A DNA stretch of 64,000 nt from Parcubacteria group bacterium CG08_land_8_20_14_0_20_48_21 (GTDB taxonomy: Bacteria; Patescibacteriota; Patescibacteriia; UBA1544), in assembly GCA_002774425.1 (NCBI GenBank), contig PEYJ01000011.1:35915-99914 (forward strand), given 5' to 3'. Under the pieces are notes generated by a model. That model had not been told where the DNA came from, searched no databases, and saw only the letters and a program-made list of their open reading frames with translations. The position numbers and the translations under genes were made by a program. This document shows positions 59,174 through 64,000 of this stretch, in pieces; the stretch's first letter is position 1, and every line of letters starts with the position of its first letter.

Positions 59174-60445
59174 ATGTCATCCGCTTTTACCAACGCGCTC
59201 ACTCAGCTTGAAAAAGCTGCGCGTGTACTCAAACTACACCCGCACGTTCATGAACTCATGAAGCGTCCGCAGCGTATCCATGAAGTAGCCATTCCCATTC
59301 GCATGGATAATGGGGAATTGAAAAATTTTCGAGGATTTCGGGTCCAGTATACTAATGTACGCGGACCATATAAGGGTGGCATACGCTTCCACCCGCAGGT
59401 TGATTTGCAGGAAATGCAGGCTCTTGCATTCTGGATGGCATTGAAGTGCGCCGTTGTTGGCATTCCCTTAGGAGGTTCCAAAGGCGGTATTGAAGTTGAC
59501 CCAAAAAAACTTTCCGAGGGTGAGCTGGAACGCTTGAGTCGCGGATATGTCCGCGCGCTTTTTCTGGAGCTGGGGCCGCAAATAGACATTCCGGCGCCGG
59601 ATATCTATACCAACCCACAGATCATGGGCTGGATGATGGATGAGTATTCGCGCATGATCGGCTACACCGCTCCCGCCTCATTTACGGGAAAGCCTCTGGA
59701 AGTCGGGGGTTCGGAGGGACGCGCAAGATCCACCGCATACGGCGGTTTCGTGCTGTTGGATATCATGCGCAAGAGATTGCAGAAAGATCCGAAAGACACG
59801 CATTTGATCATTCAGGGTTTCGGCAATGCCGGCTTGACGCTTGCCCAGCTTGCCTATAAAGCGGGTTATGTGATCGTAGGACTCTCGGATTCGCAGGGTG
59901 CTATCTATAGCACTACTGGCAAGAGCATGAATCCAAATCTCGTTTTGAAGCGCAAGCTGGAAGAAGGATTGATTGACGGCATATACTGCAAAGGCACTGT
60001 ATGTGATACGGTGAATTTCCAGCCGATGTCCAATGCCGAACTCCTGATATCCGATTGCGATATACTCGTGCCTGCCGCCATAGAAAACCAGCTTACCAAA
60101 GAGAATGTGCGTGAGATCAAGGCGAAAGTTGTATTGGAATTAGCCAATGGTCCAACCACGCCCGAGGCGGATGAGATGCTCTTCAAAAAAGGTATACCGG
60201 TCGTCCCTGATATTTTGGCAAATGCCGGAGGAGTCACGGTTTCGTATTTTGAGTGGTTGCAAAATCTGCAAAACTTCTCTTGGAAAGAAGACGAGGTAAA
60301 CACCAAACTTGAAAAAATTATGGTGGAAGCGTTTGATACCGTATGCAAGAAGCAAGCGGAACATAAAACGGATATGCGTACCGCAGCGTTTATGGTAGCT
60401 TTGGAACGTATTGCATCCGCTATGCAGGCGCGTGGGTGGGTATGA
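59174..60445 (+). CDS. gdhA: glutamate dehydrogenase
   Basis: GPYKGGIRFHP...LGGSKGG (active-site Lys region). Rossmann GFGNAG. Confidence 0.9.
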   Translation: MSSAFTNALTQLEKAARVLKLHPHVHELMKRPQRIHEVAIPIRMDNGELKNFRGFRVQYTNVRGPYKGGIRFHPQVDLQEMQALAFWMALKCAVVGIPLGGSKGGIEVDPKKLSEGELERLSRGYVRALFLELGPQIDIPAPDIYTNPQIMGWMMDEYSRMIGYTAPASFTGKPLEVGGSEGRARSTAYGGFVLLDIMRKRLQKDPKDTHLIIQGFGNAGLTLAQLAYKAGYVIVGLSDSQGAIYSTTGKSMNPNLVLKRKLEEGLIDGIYCKGTVCDTVNFQPMSNAELLISDCDILVPAAIENQLTKENVREIKAKVVLELANGPTTPEADEMLFKKGIPVVPDILANAGGVTVSYFEWLQNLQNFSWKEDEVNTKLEKIMVEAFDTVCKKQAEHKTDMRTAAFMVALERIASAMQARGWV

Positions 60446-60472
60446 TGCCATGAAGCATTAAATTACAGACGT

Positions 60473-60498
60473 AAAAAAACTCGGGGGATCTCCCGAGT
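60473..60498 (-). terminator. intrinsic terminator in convergent gdhA/murI spacer (oriented for minus strand)
   Basis: Minus strand ACTCGGG-agatcc-CCCGAGT followed by UUUUUUU. Confidence 0.5.
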
Positions 60499-60624
60499 GT
60501 TACTGTAAAAGGGCAGGCAGTACTACGACGAGGTGGCAAGACAATAAGTATATCGGACTTTTTCTTTTTTATAGTCAACTATAACTATTTGCAGTATACC
60601 TTATGCTCAAAAAACTGCAAGTTT

Positions 60625-61422
60625 TCACTTTCCAAAATCAACTTTGTGCAGGGTGACGGATTCTCCTAACAGCCTCAAAGCGGTTTTTTGAAATTGTGGC
60701 GTCAGGTCAGATACATAAAACGCATCTTTTTTCTTTTTTGATAATTTTTTCTCCCATTCCGGGTGATTATTGAGAAAGTGCGCAACCGATGCGGCTTGCG
60801 CTTCAGCCGAATCAACGAGCGCTACACCGTTACCAATTTTTTGCTGAAAGAGCGATTTGAGCAGCGGGTAGTGGGTACAGCCCAGTACGAGCGTATCCAC
60901 GCCCTTAGCCCGCAAGGGATGAACGTACTTGCGTATGATGCGCTTCGTTTCTCCAGAATCAAGCCATCCCTCTTCAACGAGAGGCACGAGCAAAGGGCAT
61001 GCCACGCTTACTACCTTCGCTTTGCCCCCGCTCAATTTTTCGGCATAGCTTTCATACATACCGCTCGCAACCGTGGCACGCGTACCGACTAATCCTATGC
61101 GTCCATTTTTCGTTGCAGCGATCGCGGCCTCAACTGCGGGCGTAACAACACCAAAGAATGGCACATCGGGAAAAGCTTTGCGGAGCTGCACCGTTGCGGC
61201 GGCTGAAGCGCTGTTGCACGCAACCACGATCATTTGCGCCCCATGCGCCAGAAGCCATTCGGTGTTTTGCCGCGCGTAGCGCAGGAGCGTCTCGGAGCTC
61301 TTGGTTCCGTAGGGCATACGCGCCGTATCACCGAAGTAGAGCAGCGAATATTCGGCAACAAGCTCCCGAAAAGCTTTTACCACGGTGAGTCCGCCAATTC
61401 CCGAATCAAAAATACCGATCAT
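60625..61422 (-). CDS. murI: glutamate racemase
   Basis: IGIFDSGIGGLTV, VVACNSAS and GCTHYP motifs. Confidence 0.95.
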   Translation of the reverse strand: MIGIFDSGIGGLTVVKAFRELVAEYSLLYFGDTARMPYGTKSSETLLRYARQNTEWLLAHGAQMIVVACNSASAAATVQLRKAFPDVPFFGVVTPAVEAAIAATKNGRIGLVGTRATVASGMYESYAEKLSGGKAKVVSVACPLLVPLVEEGWLDSGETKRIIRKYVHPLRAKGVDTLVLGCTHYPLLKSLFQQKIGNGVALVDSAEAQAASVAHFLNNHPEWEKKLSKKKKDAFYVSDLTPQFQKTALRLLGESVTLHKVDFGK

Positions 61423-61570
61423 AAGAATAAGTACATGTTATTGTATACGACCGCAAATAGTACCTAAGGTCTAGACCGAGAAAATCCAATTGAGATTGGT
61501 GGTTTTTTTGTAAGATGTTTCTCAAAAGCATGTTCACCGCAATACAGTAAATTGTATTACCTCTAGTTAT

Positions 61571-62935
61571 TTAGTTTCCTCGTATAATCCGCAAAACCTC
61601 GTCCCGCTTTTTCTTCATCAAGTCATGCGTATCGGCTTCAAGGTTCAAGCGCAACACCGGCTCGGTGTTGGAAGGTCGCACGTTGCACCACCAATCGCCA
61701 TACCGCAGGGTTAAGCCGTCCAACTCATACTGCTCGGCATCGGGGTAGGCTGTCTTGAGTGCCTGCAACACTGTCTGCACATCATACACTTCGGAATTTA
61801 TTTCCCCGGTATGAAAATACTTTTGCAGCGGTTGTACAAGCTCGGTGAATTTTTTTCCCGATTCGCTCAAGAGCCGCAACAGCAACAGCATGGTTCGATC
61901 GCCGTTTTCCACATACCCCTCGTCTTGATAATAAAAATGGGAGGAGAGCTCGCCTGCAAAGAGTGCGTTTTCCTTACGCATTTGCTTTTTGATAAATGCG
62001 TGCCCGACACGCGTTTCAACCGCTCGACCTCCACGCCCCTCAATCACCTCTTTCACGACACGACTTGAACGCAGATCGTACAGAATCGTTGCACCATGAC
62101 GCTCTTTCAAGAGTTCCCGTGCGAGAAGCGCGGTGATAATATCGCCACGTACCGTCACCCCCTCTTCCGTCACAAACCCCACACGATCGCAATCCCCGTC
62201 ATACGCCACACCAATATCCGATCCCGTTTCCACAACTCTGTCCTGGAGCGCCACCATATTCTCTTCTTTTAACGGATTCGCCTCGTGGTTGGGAAAGGTG
62301 AAATCCACATCAAAAAAAAGCTTGGTAACTTTAAGATCGGTGAGATACGGCAAGAGTTTTGGAACCACCTTCCCCGCCATGCCGTTACCCGCATCTATCA
62401 CCACTTTCAAGCGCCTGGCAAGCGCGTAGTCCTGAGCGACATGCTCCACGTACGCCCGCCATATATCTTCGCTGCGTACGACACCTTTTTCTTTGCTTTG
62501 CGTATATGCATCTTCCTCTACCCTGCGCTTGATTTCTTTAAGCCCCGTATCTTCGCCGATGGGTATAGCCTCTTCTCGCGTAAGCTTCAAGCCGTTGTAC
62601 TTTGCCGGATTGTGCGACGCGGTCACCATCATGCCACCCTGCACTTGAAAGTGCTTGACCGCAAAATAAAATACCGGTGTGGATACTTCGCCGATATCAA
62701 TCACCGCGACGCCGCTTTCCGACAATCCCCGTACAACTTCTTGCACAAGTGCGGGAGAGCTCGTTCGCGCATCCGACCCCATCACGACCGCCATCGCACG
62801 CGGATCCCTCCCCTGCGCCTCGGAGAGAAACGCGACATACGCACGGGCTATCGCACCTGCAACTTGTTCATTAATTGCTTCCGGATAGATACCGCGAACA
62901 TCATACGCCTTGAAGAGTGTGTTATGGACATGCAT
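61571..62935 (-). CDS. phosphomannomutase/phosphoglucomutase (alpha-D-phosphohexomutase)
   Basis: Start at MHVHNTLFKAYDVRG. Active-site VTASHNPAKYNGLK, which is PMM/PGM-type rather than GlmM-type. Confidence 0.75.
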   Translation of the reverse strand: MHVHNTLFKAYDVRGIYPEAINEQVAGAIARAYVAFLSEAQGRDPRAMAVVMGSDARTSSPALVQEVVRGLSESGVAVIDIGEVSTPVFYFAVKHFQVQGGMMVTASHNPAKYNGLKLTREEAIPIGEDTGLKEIKRRVEEDAYTQSKEKGVVRSEDIWRAYVEHVAQDYALARRLKVVIDAGNGMAGKVVPKLLPYLTDLKVTKLFFDVDFTFPNHEANPLKEENMVALQDRVVETGSDIGVAYDGDCDRVGFVTEEGVTVRGDIITALLARELLKERHGATILYDLRSSRVVKEVIEGRGGRAVETRVGHAFIKKQMRKENALFAGELSSHFYYQDEGYVENGDRTMLLLLRLLSESGKKFTELVQPLQKYFHTGEINSEVYDVQTVLQALKTAYPDAEQYELDGLTLRYGDWWCNVRPSNTEPVLRLNLEADTHDLMKKKRDEVLRIIRGN

Positions 62936-62960
62936 AGTTGCAAAATAAAAGTAAGGAAGT

Positions 62961-63938
62961 TTATGTTTTGTGAGATGTATGGTGCGTAAATTTCCGAACA
63001 TACAACCAGAGGCTTCCCATACCCACAAAGACCGTGAGAAGCTTTAAAATCCAGCCGATTGTCGGCAGACCCATGAGCATGACGAGCACGAACGCACCTC
63101 CGGCAAACTGTACGTATGGCTTCGTCGGTATGTTGGGCAGAAGTTTTTTCCCGATAGCGTGCGCAACCACGATTTTGGCGAAATACATAGCCGCAACCCA
63201 TCCGGCGAGCATCAGCAATCCCAAAGGAATGCCGATAATGGTGAGTAACAGCGCAAGCGCAATAAGGGGCGACAATACCGTTACCGCAATTCCGTGCCAC
63301 AGCGCTTTATCCAACGTCTTATACAGTTGTTTTGCCGTACCCTCAAGAAACGGCTTGGCGATGTGCAAGCATACCATACCCACGACAAGCATCCCGAAGA
63401 GATACGCCAAGAGCAGCAGTAGATGCACAGCTACCGCAAAACCGCTGAAGGTATCTTCTTTGTCAGGCGTGCGCGTATGCTGCACCGTCCCTTCTATAAC
63501 CGACCCTTCCGCCAAGGTCAGTGCGGTATCAGGTGAGCTGTACCGCACATTACCCGTTATATGCGCCTGGGGCAAAAGCATAATGCCGCCCCCGTGTACA
63601 AGCGCCAGCGACATATTGCCGCCAACACTGCCTGCCACCGTTGTTTGCGTAACTGCGCCGGCAATATCACCGTGCACTACCCCCCGCACCTCAACAGATT
63701 GCGCGCCAATAAGCACATCCCAACCAACCTGTGTTGCGGCTCCCAAAAGTACGCTCTTGGCAACAACGCTCACGTTTTTTCCCACCGCGCCGTCTATTTC
63801 CAATATGTCGGCAATACCGCGCACATTGCCCGAAACGTCCCCTAAAATGCGTACGCGCGAGCCGAATACCAGCACATCCCCCGCCACAGGTCCGGAGATG
63901 GTAATCGTATTTCCCGCAACGATAACGTCTTTTGCCAT
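62961..63938 (-). CDS. bactofilin-like beta-helical repeat protein with C-terminal polytopic membrane domain
   Basis: N-terminal ~150 aa of G.V.G.V....V.I.G repeats (VAGDVLVFGSRVRILGDVSGNVRG...), then 4-5 hydrophobic helices. Confidence 0.5.
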   Translation of the reverse strand: MAKDVIVAGNTITISGPVAGDVLVFGSRVRILGDVSGNVRGIADILEIDGAVGKNVSVVAKSVLLGAATQVGWDVLIGAQSVEVRGVVHGDIAGAVTQTTVAGSVGGNMSLALVHGGGIMLLPQAHITGNVRYSSPDTALTLAEGSVIEGTVQHTRTPDKEDTFSGFAVAVHLLLLLAYLFGMLVVGMVCLHIAKPFLEGTAKQLYKTLDKALWHGIAVTVLSPLIALALLLTIIGIPLGLLMLAGWVAAMYFAKIVVAHAIGKKLLPNIPTKPYVQFAGGAFVLVMLMGLPTIGWILKLLTVFVGMGSLWLYVRKFTHHTSHKT

Positions 63939-64000
63939 CGTTCCTTCAATGATAAGGTCAGGCGCATAACGGATATAGTTGTGGGTAACCGTTTCCTCTT

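Noticed and set aside
63034-63969. 311 aa plus-strand ORF
   Set aside because: Antisense shadow of the bactofilin-like gene (Ala/Thr/Pro-rich composition typical of the reverse frame of a GC-biased gene).

Overview
This 64 kb window is a gene-dense stretch of a small bacterial chromosome using the standard genetic code. Overall GC is about 50%. About 90% is coding, mostly housekeeping genes that I can assign from conserved motifs in the supplied translations.

Assigned genes, in window order:
- pgk (cut by the window edge), a YjeF-N NAD(P)H-hydrate epimerase, gap, tsf, rpsB.
- rpmE, prfA, prmC, lnt.
- A type IV pilin, a DUF3048 protein, rplY, a SEDS-family RodA/FtsW.
- gyrB, then secE, nusG, rplK, rplA.
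- A dTTP-synthesis cluster: a ThyX-like gene, dcd, a dut fusion, and tmk.
- gatB, miaA, miaB, thrS, dnaE, pheT, pheS.
- A UvrD-family helicase with a RecB/Cas4-like nuclease tail, dprA, topA, a short Rel, secG.
- An orphan family-5 substrate-binding protein, tRNA-Leu(CAG), rnj, trpS, gdhA, murI, a phosphohexomutase, and a bactofilin-like membrane protein.

Many genes show near-consensus sigma-70 promoters (TTGACA, 17 bp spacer, TATAAT-like) and hairpin plus T-run terminators. Several proteins look domain-minimised or carry low-complexity tails: ThrRS has no TGS domain, Rel has no ACT domain, and L31, dcd and RNase J have tails. That is consistent with, but does not prove, a reduced-genome lineage such as the Candidate Phyla Radiation.

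I found no CRISPR array, no rRNA, no intact prophage and no evidence of stop-codon reassignment.

The non-routine content is:
- Two unusual domain fusions. (a) A 432-aa apparent tandem ThyX-like thymidylate synthase in which the RHR motif survives in only one half. (b) A dUTPase fused to a minimal nucleotidyltransferase domain. Both sit in a compact dcd-dut-thyX-tmk cluster.
- An accessory patch at about 38.8 to 44.1 kb, directly upstream of pheST. It has a decayed IS30-family element (one nonsense codon plus one frameshift), a palindrome-rich 460 bp non-coding region, and a three-gene block of unknowns that includes a DciA/DUF721-like protein. It also has a secreted CHAP-like Cys/His hydrolase and an AT-rich pair of membrane-anchored paralogues; the second is inactivated by a frameshift and an in-frame TAG.
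- An IS481/IS3-like integrase-core fragment between rel and secG. It lies in AT-rich DNA, with a perfect TTGACA-17-TATACT promoter feeding secG.
- A candidate small RNA of about 130 nt with its own promoter and a strong intrinsic terminator (24671-24836). It is weakly reminiscent of the SRP RNA apical motif.
- A perfect 16 bp GC-rich hairpin with a GAAA loop, plus a neighbouring inverted repeat, in the pheS upstream region.

Smaller points are an RF1 with a PET (not PAT/PVT) tripeptide, an rplK-rplA operon with no rplJ-rplL-rpoBC after it, a perfect hairpin directly in front of rplK, and a probably leaderless pilin gene.

All functional calls are motif-level reading of the translations. None has been checked against a database.
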